DNA from: Clostridia bacterium
GTDB lineage: Bacteria > Bacillota > Clostridia > UMGS1840
Assembly: GCA_045631485.1 (NCBI GenBank)
Contig: JAZQUU010000026.1
Span: forward strand, 3,063 to 67,062
Direction of reading: 5' to 3'
Length of the DNA stretch: 64,000 bases
Shown here: positions 18,273 to 27,899 of the stretch, piece by piece
Position numbering within the stretch: position 1 is the stretch's first letter
How the letters are laid out: every line of letters begins with the position of its first letter
Position numbers and translations under genes: made by a program
The notes under the pieces: model-generated
Seen by the model: the letters and a program-made list of their open reading frames with translations, nothing else
Told to the model about the DNA's origin: nothing
Database searches by the model: none

Positions 18273-19303
18273 TATTTGTCTCCTCCTTCCTTAGAAAACG
18301 CTTTGATTACTTTTACAATGTTTAATGAGGAGGGGCATTTATCTACACATCTGCCGCAACCTACACAAGAGTACATTCCGTTGTTGTTTGCAGGGAAATA
18401 TACCAATTTATGCATAAATCTCTGACGGAAACGCTGCATCTGACTGTTACGATTGTTGCCGTGAGCCATCATGGTGAAATCAGAATACATGCAGGAATCC
18501 CAGCAACGATAACGCTGAACGCCGTTTCCGGTGTTGTAGTCTTTGATGTCGTAACACTGGCAAGTGGGACATACAAAGGTACAGGTTCCGCAAGCTAAGC
18601 AGGGTTTGTATAATTCTTCCCAGATGGGAGATTCAAATTTTTCGGTTAAAACATCGCCGTTCCAACCGTCCAGGGAAATGCTCATATAGGGCAGTTTTTC
18701 CACGATAGCTTTGGTGGTTTCCTGCTGAGCTTTTACCAGGGAATCATCAGCTTCTTCCAATAATTCTTTTACTGCTTCAGTTAAAGCGTTACCTTTATCA
18801 GTTAAAGGATTCCAGTACAGATAGTCCCCTACCAACCAGGTAGCAACATCTGCCTTGGGGTCGGTACAATCAATACCGAAAGCTTTACAGAAACAGCTAT
18901 CTTCGGGTTCGTTACAAGCTAATGCAACCAAAATGCCGTGGTCACGACGAGCTTTGTAGAAGGTGTCAACAGGTTCGGATAAGAACACTTTGTCTAACAC
19001 TTCAATCCCTTTCACGTCACAACCTTTGATGCCGAACACAACAAATTCCTGACTCTGCAGTTCTTCGGGAGTGATGGACCATTTGTTTTCTTCTTTATTA
19101 CAAGAATATAAGGTTTCGCTCTGGGGGAAGAATGCATCTTTTGCAGATTTTACGGTTTTTAAAGTTTCTAAGGAAACTTCTGCATCCTCGGTATAAACAC
19201 CGTAATTCACCTGTTCTACTGCCAGAATGGGAAGATACAATTCTCTTTGTTCTTTAATTTTCCGGAATAATGCCGGTAAGTTGTTTTTTGCAATCTTTAA
19301 CAT
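18272..19303 (-). CDS. flxB: FlxB/AsrA-like 4Fe-4S dicluster protein
   Basis: CLACGTCTFVCPTCQC, RCWDSC, RFRQRFMHK, CVGCGRCVDKCP. Confidence 0.85.
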   Translation of the reverse strand: MLKIAKNNLPALFRKIKEQRELYLPILAVEQVNYGVYTEDAEVSLETLKTVKSAKDAFFPQSETLYSCNKEENKWSITPEELQSQEFVVFGIKGCDVKGIEVLDKVFLSEPVDTFYKARRDHGILVALACNEPEDSCFCKAFGIDCTDPKADVATWLVGDYLYWNPLTDKGNALTEAVKELLEEADDSLVKAQQETTKAIVEKLPYMSISLDGWNGDVLTEKFESPIWEELYKPCLACGTCTFVCPTCQCYDIKDYNTGNGVQRYRCWDSCMYSDFTMMAHGNNRNSQMQRFRQRFMHKLVYFPANNNGMYSCVGCGRCVDKCPSSLNIVKVIKAFSKEGGDK

Positions 19304-19309
19304 ACTACA

Positions 19310-20275
19310 TTATCCCCTTTCGTTAGGCTCTCTGTCGGTAAACTCGAAATGAGTTAAGGGAGCTTCTGCATTGATATCTTCTCCGGCAACATAATCGCCG
19401 TAAAATTCGTTGATGTCTTTGATGAATTTTCTGTTGAACAGATGAAGCGGAATGCCCTGAGGACAAACACGGCTGCATTCGCCACAGTCGGTACATCTGC
19501 CCGCTACATGGAATGCACGGATAATATGGAACATATTTTCCTGGAAATCATCCACATTTGCTTTCTGAGCAGTATCAAACTTGGTGCTGTCGAACACACA
19601 TTTTCTGCAGCTGCAAGCAGGACAAACGTTTCTGCAGGCATTGCAACGGATACATTTGGATAATTCCTTACGGAAGAATGCAAATTTTTCTTCGGGAGAC
19701 ATTTTTTCGATGGCTTCGATATCATCAAAACGTCCTTTTGTTGCAGTATCACGGGATTCTAACATCTGTTCGTCAAAAATCACGTGTTCTTTGCCTTTGC
19801 AGGAATAACAACGGGACAACATCACATCATCATAAGAAACGGTTTTATCTCCGTAGATAGTGGAAATTGCTAAGGTATCGCAAGCGTCGGTCATTTCGGC
19901 ACCTTTAATGGTTTCGATACCTTTAACGCCTTGCTTTTTAATAGCTTCGATATCTAATTTACCTTTACATCCAACACCGATGATATAAGCTTTATCACGG
20001 TCCACACGATGTTCTTTTAACAACTGGTTAAAGCTGTAAGAATCGCAGGGTTTTAAGAATACTAAAGTTTTGCCTTCCTTTTTGGAAGCTTCAATCATAT
20101 ATTTGCTTAAGTTTGCACCGCAGAAGCCGTTATAAACAAAATCGGATAACGCTTCTTCGGTTTCAAAGAATGCCGGTTCGGGATTGTAAGCCAAGTCACC
20201 GTTTTTCCAGCCCAGCACACGAACAACGGTGCCGTCTTTTAACAATTCTTTTGCACGGGTTACTAATTCTTGCAT
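19310..20275 (-). CDS. flxC: FlxC-like 4Fe-4S protein
   Basis: KPCD, CIRCNACRNVCPACSC, RAFHVAGRCTDCGECSRVCP. Confidence 0.82.
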   Translation of the reverse strand: MQELVTRAKELLKDGTVVRVLGWKNGDLAYNPEPAFFETEEALSDFVYNGFCGANLSKYMIEASKKEGKTLVFLKPCDSYSFNQLLKEHRVDRDKAYIIGVGCKGKLDIEAIKKQGVKGIETIKGAEMTDACDTLAISTIYGDKTVSYDDVMLSRCYSCKGKEHVIFDEQMLESRDTATKGRFDDIEAIEKMSPEEKFAFFRKELSKCIRCNACRNVCPACSCRKCVFDSTKFDTAQKANVDDFQENMFHIIRAFHVAGRCTDCGECSRVCPQGIPLHLFNRKFIKDINEFYGDYVAGEDINAEAPLTHFEFTDREPNERG

Positions 20276-20703
20276 CGTAAATCCCCCAATCTCACATTTT
20301 TACCCAGAGAACGGATGGTATCAACAAATTCATTCATGGTCTGGGAGAATTTTACACCTTCTGCTGCAGATACCCATTCCACGCGGGTTCTGCCTTTTTC
20401 GATACCTAAATATTCCAACATGGAGAATAACAAGGTCATACGGCGTCTTGCATAGTAGTTACCGGTAGAATAGTGACAGTCTCCGGGATGGCATCCGCAA
20501 AGGATCACCCCGTCTGCACCTTTTTCAAATGCTCTTAAAATGAACATAGGGTTTACACGGCAAGAACAAGGCACTTTAATAATTTTTACATCTGCGGGAT
20601 AAGACAAACGGCTGCTGCCTGCTAAATCCGCACCTGCGTAACTACACCAGTTGCAACAAAATGCAACAATTTTTGGTCTGAATTCGTTTTCGTTTAACGG
20701 CAT
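20263..20703 (-). CDS. flxD: FlxD/MvhD-like [2Fe-2S] subunit
   Basis: AFCCNWCSYAGADLAG, VPCSCRV, GCHPGDCHY, WVSAAEG. Confidence 0.92.
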   Translation of the reverse strand: MPLNENEFRPKIVAFCCNWCSYAGADLAGSSRLSYPADVKIIKVPCSCRVNPMFILRAFEKGADGVILCGCHPGDCHYSTGNYYARRRMTLLFSMLEYLGIEKGRTRVEWVSAAEGVKFSQTMNEFVDTIRSLGKNVRLGDLRCKN

Positions 20704-22682
20704 ATCGCATCCACCTCCGCAATAATTTGTCTGTTAGAGAAGCCCTGCAGGTCCATCGCACCGGAAGGACAAGTAACGGTACAAGCACCGCAACCCTGAC
20801 ACAGAGCGCTGTTTACCTGAGCAATTCTTCTGGTTTCACGGATACCGTGATCATTTACTTCTTTATCAATATAAGTGATTGCACCGTAGGGACAAACATT
20901 TGCACACTGAGAACAACCATTACATAAAAGCTCATCCGGTTTTGCAGTACAGGGGTTGGTAGTCAGTTTGTCTTTTGCAAGTAAGCCGATAGCTTTTACT
21001 GCTGCCGCACCTGCCTGAGCAACGGTTTCGGGAATATCTTTGGGTCCCTGACATACGCCGGAGAGGAATACGCCAGCTGTGGGAGATTCCACGGGACGCA
21101 GTTTGGGATGTGCTTCGGTTAAGAAGTTATTGGTATCAATACTTGCGGTCAGCATGGTTGCAATTTTACGAACGGAAGCTTCGGGTTCAATTGCAGTTGC
21201 CAACACAACCATATCTGCTTCTTTTAAAATCTGTTTGTTATCCAGTAAGTCGGAGCCCTGAACCAACAGTTTACCATTGGGCAGCGGAGCAACTTTACCA
21301 ACCTGGCCTTTTACGTAATTTACGCCATATTCTTCCACAGCGCGTCTGTAAAACTCATCGAAGTTCTTACCGGGGGTACGAACATCAATATAGAATACGG
21401 TTACGTTAACATCCGGATATTTATCACGGATTAACATTGCATGTTTTGCAGTGTACATACAACAGATTTTGGAGCAGTAGCTCTTACCTCTGTTATCAGC
21501 GCAACGGCTGCCCACACACTGAATGAATACCATTTCTTTGGGAGCTTTACCGTCGGACAGACGTTCTAAGTGACCTTTGGTAGGACCTGCAGCGTTCATA
21601 ATACGTTCCAGTTCCAAAGAGGTGATAACGTCTTTGCTCTGATTGTATGCATATTCGTCGTAGTTATCTAATTTAATGGTATCAAAACCGGTTGCAACCA
21701 CGATTGCACCGTATTTTTCGGTAACAATTTCGTCCTGCTGATTGTAGTCAATTGCGCCTGCCTGACAAACTTTTTCACAAACACCGCATTTGCCGGTTTT
21801 AAATTTGGTACAAGCTTCACGGTCAATCACCGGAACATTGGGAATTGCCTGAGCGAAAGGAGTGTAGATTGCACTTCTGGTATTTAATCCGCGGTTAAAT
21901 TCGTTTAAGGATTTTTTAGAAGGACATTTTTCCTGACAAACACCGCAACCGGTACATTTATCACTGTTAACACTTCTTGCTTTTTTACGGATATCTACGG
22001 TAAAGTCACCAACGAAACCGGTAACTTTATCTACTTCGGAGTAGGTGTAGATATTGATTTTTTCGTGTGCAGCCGCTTCCACCATTTTGGGAGTTAAGAT
22101 ACAAGCGGAACAGTCCAAAGTGGGGAACGTTTTATCCAACTGAGACATTCTGCCGCCGATGGAAGGAGTTTTTTCCACGATATCAACTTCGTAGCCTGCG
22201 TCTGCAATATCAATAGCAGTCTGGATACCTGCGATACCGCCGCCGATTACCAATGCACGTTTGGTAACACGGCTTTCCCCTGCCTGCAAGGGAGTATTTA
22301 AGTTTACTTTTGCAACCGCTGCTCTTGCTAAGATAACAGCTTTTTGGGTTGCTTCTTCCATATCCTTATGAATCCAGGAACAATGTTCACGGATATTGGC
22401 AATTTCCACCATGTAAGGATTTAAACCTGCACGTTCAGCTGCTTTTCTGAAAGTAGCTTCATGCATACGGGGAGAACAGGAACAAACAACAACACCTGTT
22501 AAATGATGTTCTTTCACAGCTTCCAAGATTTTCATCTGGCCTGCTTCGGAACACATATAAGGATAATCTTCAGCGTGACAAACGCCGGGTTCCTTTCTGA
22601 TTGTTTCAACAACTTTTTTTACATCTACCGTTGCGGCAATGTTGGATCCGCAATGACAAACAAAAACACCAATTCTTTGCAT
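20694..22682 (-). CDS. hdrA: Heterodisulfide reductase subunit A (bifurcating flavoprotein family)
   Basis: VFVCHCGSNI, CSCSP, NIREHCSW, GGGIAG, KTFPTLDCSACIL, SLELER, QCVGSR..CSKICCMYTAK, two ferredoxin domains; ATG 22682 (alternative GTG 22691). Confidence 0.96.
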   Translation of the reverse strand: MQRIGVFVCHCGSNIAATVDVKKVVETIRKEPGVCHAEDYPYMCSEAGQMKILEAVKEHHLTGVVVCSCSPRMHEATFRKAAERAGLNPYMVEIANIREHCSWIHKDMEEATQKAVILARAAVAKVNLNTPLQAGESRVTKRALVIGGGIAGIQTAIDIADAGYEVDIVEKTPSIGGRMSQLDKTFPTLDCSACILTPKMVEAAAHEKINIYTYSEVDKVTGFVGDFTVDIRKKARSVNSDKCTGCGVCQEKCPSKKSLNEFNRGLNTRSAIYTPFAQAIPNVPVIDREACTKFKTGKCGVCEKVCQAGAIDYNQQDEIVTEKYGAIVVATGFDTIKLDNYDEYAYNQSKDVITSLELERIMNAAGPTKGHLERLSDGKAPKEMVFIQCVGSRCADNRGKSYCSKICCMYTAKHAMLIRDKYPDVNVTVFYIDVRTPGKNFDEFYRRAVEEYGVNYVKGQVGKVAPLPNGKLLVQGSDLLDNKQILKEADMVVLATAIEPEASVRKIATMLTASIDTNNFLTEAHPKLRPVESPTAGVFLSGVCQGPKDIPETVAQAGAAAVKAIGLLAKDKLTTNPCTAKPDELLCNGCSQCANVCPYGAITYIDKEVNDHGIRETRRIAQVNSALCQGCGACTVTCPSGAMDLQGFSNRQIIAEVDAICR

Positions 22683-22691
22683 ACTACTCAC

Positions 22692-23078
22692 CTACCTCTT
22701 ATATCTTCTGAATGCACTTACCAACAACTGCTGAGGAAGTTCTTCGTCTAATAACTGGGGAATCTCATCTGCAAGCAGATAATCTCCACCGCGTTCCCGA
22801 ACAACCAGCTGACGTGCAGCGTCAATCAATTTTCCGGGTTTTACATCTCTGGGGCAACGTTCTACACACGCAAAGCAGGATAAGCATTTCCATAAGGATT
22901 TGGACGCCGCCAACGCTTCGATTTCACCACTCTGCACGTAGGATACGAACTGATGGGGTTTGATATCCATTTCATTGTATGAAGGACAAGTTGCGGAGCA
23001 TTTACCGCATTTCATACATTTATAAGGATTCACACCGCTGATTTCTTTGATTTTTTCGGCATTGTTTCTATGACTCAC
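22692..23078 (-). CDS. hdrC: Heterodisulfide reductase subunit C
   Basis: CMKCGKCSATCP and WKCLSCFACVERCPR; lies between hdrB and hdrA. Confidence 0.92.
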   Translation of the reverse strand: MSHRNNAEKIKEISGVNPYKCMKCGKCSATCPSYNEMDIKPHQFVSYVQSGEIEALAASKSLWKCLSCFACVERCPRDVKPGKLIDAARQLVVRERGGDYLLADEIPQLLDEELPQQLLVSAFRRYKR

Positions 23079-23869
23079 TATTCACACGCCTCCTCTTTGA
23101 TTCCAAGAGCTTCTGCTAAAAGCTCGGTGAAATAATATACGGGTAAATCTTTGTTAGATTTATTTAAGTTATACATACAGAGCGGACAAGCGGTGATGAG
23201 GCAATCTGCGCCAAAACCTTTTGCACTCTCGGAAATGGTATCACACATATTTTTTGCCATTTCTTTTTCTTTTAAGGAAATGTAACCGCCGCAACATTCG
23301 TTCCGATAGGGATACACAACCGGATCTGCACCTAATGCACGGATGAAATCTTCCATAATTTTGGGATTTTCCGGATTGTCAAACGCCATCACACTGCCGG
23401 GACGGAGCAATAAACAACCGTAGTATGCACCGATTTTTCTGCCGGTTAAGGGATTGGTTACTTTTTCTTTTAAAGCATCAAATCCGATTTTATCTCTTAA
23501 AACCTCCAGATAATGAAGCACAGTGGTTTCACCGCCGTAGGGTTCGGATAAATTCATATAGTTGTTGGCACGGTTTCTGATATCTTCCACGTTTTTCATA
23601 TCGTCATTCACGCGTTTTAACACATGATGACAAGCGGAACAAACGGTTACCAGCTCCTGAGCTTTTTCTTTGGCATCGTTTAATGCACGAACGGAAGAAA
23701 GCTTGGTAGCAATCTCATCACTGCCCAACGGATAAACACCGCCGCAGCACTGCCAGTTTTCGATTTCTTCTAAGGTGAAGCCAAGAACTTCTGCGCATTT
23801 TCTTGCGTAATCGTCCAGAGACTTTGCTTTGTTTTTCAAAGTACATCCGGGATAGTAACTATACTTCAT
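23078..23869 (-). CDS. hdrB: Heterodisulfide reductase subunit B (CCG domains)
   Basis: YYPGC, WQCCGG, CSAC, YYGCLL, ECCGG, ACPLC. Confidence 0.93.
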   Translation of the reverse strand: MKYSYYPGCTLKNKAKSLDDYARKCAEVLGFTLEEIENWQCCGGVYPLGSDEIATKLSSVRALNDAKEKAQELVTVCSACHHVLKRVNDDMKNVEDIRNRANNYMNLSEPYGGETTVLHYLEVLRDKIGFDALKEKVTNPLTGRKIGAYYGCLLLRPGSVMAFDNPENPKIMEDFIRALGADPVVYPYRNECCGGYISLKEKEMAKNMCDTISESAKGFGADCLITACPLCMYNLNKSNKDLPVYYFTELLAEALGIKEEACE

Positions 23870-23950
23870 ACTAAGAGATTCCTTTCTTTTTCTTATCTTA
23901 GGTTTATTAATTACAAATGTTAAATCGGTTATAAAATACCTATGCTCACA

Positions 23951-23968
23951 TTGTTAAAAAAATAACAA
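23951..23968. promoter_or_regulatory. Rex (NADH/NAD+ sensor) operator
   Basis: TTGTTAAAAAAATAACAA versus the clostridial Rex consensus TTGTTAA-N4-TTAACAA (one mismatch); lies between the promoter and hdrB. Confidence 0.72.
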
Positions 23969-24007
23969 AGGTGCATACATAAACAAAAGCATAAAATAAC
24001 CTATAAC

Positions 24008-24036
24008 ATTGTAGCATAAACTTCTTGATTTTACAA
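24008..24036 (-). promoter_or_regulatory. Sigma-A promoter of the hdr-flx-frd operon
   Basis: Minus strand TTGTAA-17 bp-TACAAT with extended -10 (TGC TACAAT). Confidence 0.6.
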
Positions 24037-24154
24037 GCTTTTTTTCATATTTTTTTTACTTTTTTTCATTTTTCGATATTTTGCACAATTTCACACAAAC
24101 CAAGCCCTTGGAATTTGATAAAATGAATATCAAAAGAACCCGATAATAAACAAT

Positions 24155-24194
24155 AAAAAAATACGCTTTCCTATTGTTCTGAGAAAGCGTATTT
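24155..24194 (-). terminator. Terminator after NSS transporter
   Basis: AATACGCTTTC...GAAAGCGTATT with an A-run (T-tail on the minus strand). Confidence 0.75.
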
Positions 24195-24203
24195 CTTATT
24201 ATG

Positions 24204-25562
24204 TTAGATAGAGAATATACCGAATGCGCTCATTACTGAAGTTACTAAAATTAAAACGATAAAAATGGGTGCTACGTATTTAATCATCACTTCAAATAAT
24301 TTTTTGCGTTTGAAAGGACCGGTCAATTCCACTTCTTCGGTTACAATTTTCGGCTTTACAATATAACCGATAAAAATACAAGTCAACAATGCTACAATGG
24401 GCATAATCACGCTATTGCTGATGAAATCGCAGAAATCCAGGAATTCCATACCGATTATTTTAAACCAGCTCCACACGTTGCTTCCCAGAGCGGACGGAAT
24501 CCCCAGTAACAGAGAAACAACAAATACAACAACGCAAGCAGTCAAACGTTTCATTTTTAATTTATCGCAAACAATAGATACCACAGTTTCCATTAAGGAA
24601 ATAGAAGAAGTCAATGCCGCAAATAAAACCATTAAGAAGAATGCACCGCCCACAAAGCCGCCAAAAGGCATTGTCTGAAACACTTTGGGGAGTGTGATAA
24701 ACATGAGTCCGGGACCCGCATTAATCTGAGAAGCATCTCCGCCGGAGAATGCAAAAACCGCAGGTACAACCATCATACCGGCAATAAAAGCAATCCCGGT
24801 ATCAAAAAACTCAATCTGAGAAACAGAAGATTCTAAGTTTACATCTTTTTTCATATAGGAACCGTATGTAATCATAATCCCCATTGCCAAAGACATTGAG
24901 TAGAACAACTGCCCCATTGCCGCCAATACGGTGGTTACGGAGAAATTAGCAAAATTAGGTGTGATATAATACCAAAAACCTGCCATTGCTCCGGGCATAA
25001 ACAACGAATAAATTGCGATCGTAATTGAAAGGATGATCAAGATAGGCATCATCACTTTACTAACCTTTTCAATCCCTTTATTTACCCCGCACATTACAAT
25101 CAAAGCGGTAACTGCAATAAATAAGAAGAACCAACATACGGATTCTGTGGATGCTCCGATGAAATTCAAGAAGTATCCGTCCCCCGCTGCCTGAGCCATT
25201 CCACCGGTCATAAATGCCCACAAATACTTGGTTACCCAACCACCTATTACGGAATAGTACGGTAAGATAATCACCGGAACAATTGCTGCCAGATAGCCGA
25301 TGAAACTATATTTTTTATTTAAACTGCGAAATGCTCCGATTGCACTGAGACCGGTTTTTCTGCCGATTGCAATTTCCGCAGTCATCAAAGCAAAGCCGAA
25401 TGTGATAGCTAAAATAATATACACCAGTAAAAAAATACCACCGCCGTACTTCGCAGCAAGATACGGAAATCTCCAAATGTTACCGAGCCCCACTGCAGAA
25501 CCTGCAGCAGCCATTACAAATCCCAGTTTCCCGGTAAAACTGCTTCTGTTTTCGTTTGCCAT
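24204..25562 (-). CDS. Sodium-dependent transporter (NSS/SNF family)
   Basis: AAGSAVGLGNIWRFPY, QLFYSMSLAMG, YGSY, GPGLMF, AALTSSISLME; TTGACA-17-TATAAT promoter at 25609-25637. Confidence 0.95.
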   Translation of the reverse strand: MANENRSSFTGKLGFVMAAAGSAVGLGNIWRFPYLAAKYGGGIFLLVYIILAITFGFALMTAEIAIGRKTGLSAIGAFRSLNKKYSFIGYLAAIVPVIILPYYSVIGGWVTKYLWAFMTGGMAQAAGDGYFLNFIGASTESVCWFFLFIAVTALIVMCGVNKGIEKVSKVMMPILIILSITIAIYSLFMPGAMAGFWYYITPNFANFSVTTVLAAMGQLFYSMSLAMGIMITYGSYMKKDVNLESSVSQIEFFDTGIAFIAGMMVVPAVFAFSGGDASQINAGPGLMFITLPKVFQTMPFGGFVGGAFFLMVLFAALTSSISLMETVVSIVCDKLKMKRLTACVVVFVVSLLLGIPSALGSNVWSWFKIIGMEFLDFCDFISNSVIMPIVALLTCIFIGYIVKPKIVTEEVELTGPFKRKKLFEVMIKYVAPIFIVLILVTSVMSAFGIFSI

Positions 25563-25793
25563 AAGCCATATTCTCCTATTCGCAATTCATTTGAATGATA
25601 ACTATTGTATTATACACTATTCGCCATTTTTTGTCAACTGATATTTTTATGATATTTTTGAATGTTTTCGTCAAATCGTGCAATAAATCAAAATAATTTT
25701 TATTATTTTTTGTAGTTTTTTGTTGTTTTTTTGAAAAAATTATGATATACTGTTCACAGAATCTTCACAATTATGATAAAGAGGTATCTACAC

Positions 25794-26648
25794 ATGGGAA
25801 AAAAAGAAGGAAGAAGAATCAAAAGCAGAGCGCCGATGGATTCGATTATGCCGTTTATTATGCCAACCCGTAACGACTCTGCCAACAGTTTTTCTTCATC
25901 CATTGAAATCACCAACAGCGAACAGTATATCCGCAGAAAAAGAGAAGAAGGTTTGGCAGGCTTTGGCATGATGCACGTATTTATGGCTGCGTATGTTCGT
26001 GTGGTATCCGAATTACCCGGACTGAACCGTTTTATCCGAGGACAACGTTTGTATGCCAGAAACGGAATCGAAATCTGCTTAACGATTAAAAAAGAAATGC
26101 AACTGAATGCCCAGGAAACCGTTGTGAAACTGTTCCTTACACCGGCTGATACTGCGGATACTATTTATGAAAAATTAAAAGTATTGCTGGAAGAAAACCG
26201 TCAGGAAGGCGACCAAAATGATATGGATGCCACCGTAAGAATCCTGATGAAAATTCCCCGCATCTTCTTAAAATTTGTGGTATGGTTATTAAAGGTATTG
26301 GATTACTATAAACTGCTCCCCCGTTTTTTAACCAAGTTAAGTCCTTTTCACGGTTCTTTGTTTATTACCAACTTAGGTTCTTTGGGTATTCCTCCCGTTC
26401 GTCATCATTTATATGAATTCGGAAACTTACCCCTATTCCTTGCTATCGGTAAAAAATACAGCAAATACGAAGTCAATAAACTGGGAGAAACCGAAAAGAA
26501 ACGCTATATTGATTTTATTCTGACCTCAGACGAAAGAATTTGTGACGGACATTATTTCTCCAGAGGCTTCAAAAAGCTGCAACGCTTACTGGAACATCCG
26601 GATGAACTTGATTTTGCTCCGGCAACCATTACCGAGGATATCCGATAA
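25794..26648 (+). CDS. Stand-alone 2-oxoacid dehydrogenase E2-like acyltransferase catalytic domain
   Basis: GSLFITNLGSLG and SDERICDG (canonical DHRxxDG); no lipoyl domain; ATG 25794 after GAGGT. Confidence 0.8.
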   Translation: MGKKEGRRIKSRAPMDSIMPFIMPTRNDSANSFSSSIEITNSEQYIRRKREEGLAGFGMMHVFMAAYVRVVSELPGLNRFIRGQRLYARNGIEICLTIKKEMQLNAQETVVKLFLTPADTADTIYEKLKVLLEENRQEGDQNDMDATVRILMKIPRIFLKFVVWLLKVLDYYKLLPRFLTKLSPFHGSLFITNLGSLGIPPVRHHLYEFGNLPLFLAIGKKYSKYEVNKLGETEKKRYIDFILTSDERICDGHYFSRGFKKLQRLLEHPDELDFAPATITEDIR

Positions 26649-26650
26649 GT

Positions 26651-26689
26651 AAAAATGCTATTAACACAAAAAGTGTTAATAGCATTTTT
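26651..26689. terminator. Bidirectional terminator
   Basis: AAAAATGCTATTAACAC-aaaaa-GTGTTAATAGCATTTTT. Confidence 0.8.
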
Positions 26690-26696
26690 TATGTGA

Positions 26697-27632
26697 TTAA
26701 GATGTTTTTTTCCAGAAGGAATAGTTCAACAAAAAAATTCCGATACTTACCAATACTAAGGCGCCGTATAATCTAACGGGAGAAACTCCAATCTGTTCCG
26801 TTAAAATCAATTGAGATAACATTACGCCAAACACGGGAATCATAAAGCCGTACACTGCCACCTTGGAAAGCGGATTATGTTTTAATAAAACTCCCCACAA
26901 GGAATATGCCACCGCAGATAAAAACGCCAGATATAACAGAATACTCCAGGACGCTACTCCCGAAACAATCACCATACCTCCCGACAGCAACCCAATCAAA
27001 ATCATCAGAAGTCCGCCAATCATAAACTGATAACCGCTGATAACGAGCGGTTCTTCCGAAGCCGAATACCGTTTTATCAGGGAAGCGGAAATCCCATACG
27101 CAACTGTGGAGAGCAATACAAAACCATCCCCAATGAAGTTCATCTTCCAATCCAAACCGTCAAAATGAACGAACAGGATTCCCAAAAAACCAATGATACA
27201 AGCAATAATCGTGCGAATCGTCAATTTTTCCGAACGGAAAATCAAGGTAGCAATTAAAATTGCGGTAAAACTGCCGCACCCTGTACTAATCGTTGCTTTC
27301 ACCGCCGTTGTGTTGGCAACGCCAATATAAAAAAGCACATACTGAATCACTGTTTGAAACATTGCAACCCAAGTGATTTTCCCAAGATTCTGCAGTTTGG
27401 GAACCAACAACTTTCTACCGGTAACACTTCCCCATAAAACAACCATAGCACCTGCCAGAAAGAAACGAATTCCGGCAAACAACATGGTAGACGCTGTGTT
27501 GTTTTCGGGAATCATCATGGGAGTTCCCATTTTAATCATCGGTGTGGCACTCCCCCACAATGCACAACAAAAGCAGGCAAGCACCGCCACAATAGCAGAA
27601 TTGGTTAATATCGATTGATTTTTATTCTTCAT
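26697..27632 (-). CDS. DMT/EamA-family transporter
   Basis: About 10 TM segments, CALWGSA, GIRFFLAG, IPVFGV; start ATG 27632 (alternative 27668). Confidence 0.9.
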   Translation of the reverse strand: MKNKNQSILTNSAIVAVLACFCCALWGSATPMIKMGTPMMIPENNTASTMLFAGIRFFLAGAMVVLWGSVTGRKLLVPKLQNLGKITWVAMFQTVIQYVLFYIGVANTTAVKATISTGCGSFTAILIATLIFRSEKLTIRTIIACIIGFLGILFVHFDGLDWKMNFIGDGFVLLSTVAYGISASLIKRYSASEEPLVISGYQFMIGGLLMILIGLLSGGMVIVSGVASWSILLYLAFLSAVAYSLWGVLLKHNPLSKVAVYGFMIPVFGVMLSQLILTEQIGVSPVRLYGALVLVSIGIFLLNYSFWKKTS

Positions 27633-27668
27633 AAGGTTTCCTCTAATTTTCGTAAATGAATTTTCCAT

Positions 27669-27899
27669 TTAGACGCTATCAGTATTTTCTTTTGTAAAGA
27701 AAAATTTCAAGAACAGATACAGTCCGTAAAATATATAATAGTATAAAGCTAAAAAAAGAATGAACAACAATTTTATAAAATAATACAACAGACATAAAAG
27801 TTGATAACAAGCTCTACTCATTCCGCGGTATCGGTTGTATGTTAACCGTTCGGGTAATCTGTATGACCAATCCTCTTTTATCGTTTCTGTGAAAGACAT
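27669..27899 (-). CDS. Small hypothetical membrane protein
   Basis: GGAGG RBS before ATG 27899; long Leu/Phe/Tyr-rich hydrophobic stretch. Confidence 0.5.
   Translation of the reverse strand: MSFTETIKEDWSYRLPERLTYNRYRGMSRACYQLLCLLYYFIKLLFILFLALYYYIFYGLYLFLKFFFTKENTDSV

Noticed and set aside
20263-23869. Methanogenesis, archaeal origin or selenocysteine in hdrA/mvhD
   Set aside because: Context is clostridial with flx genes and no mcr or mvhAG; ORFs are intact with Cys and no in-frame TGA.
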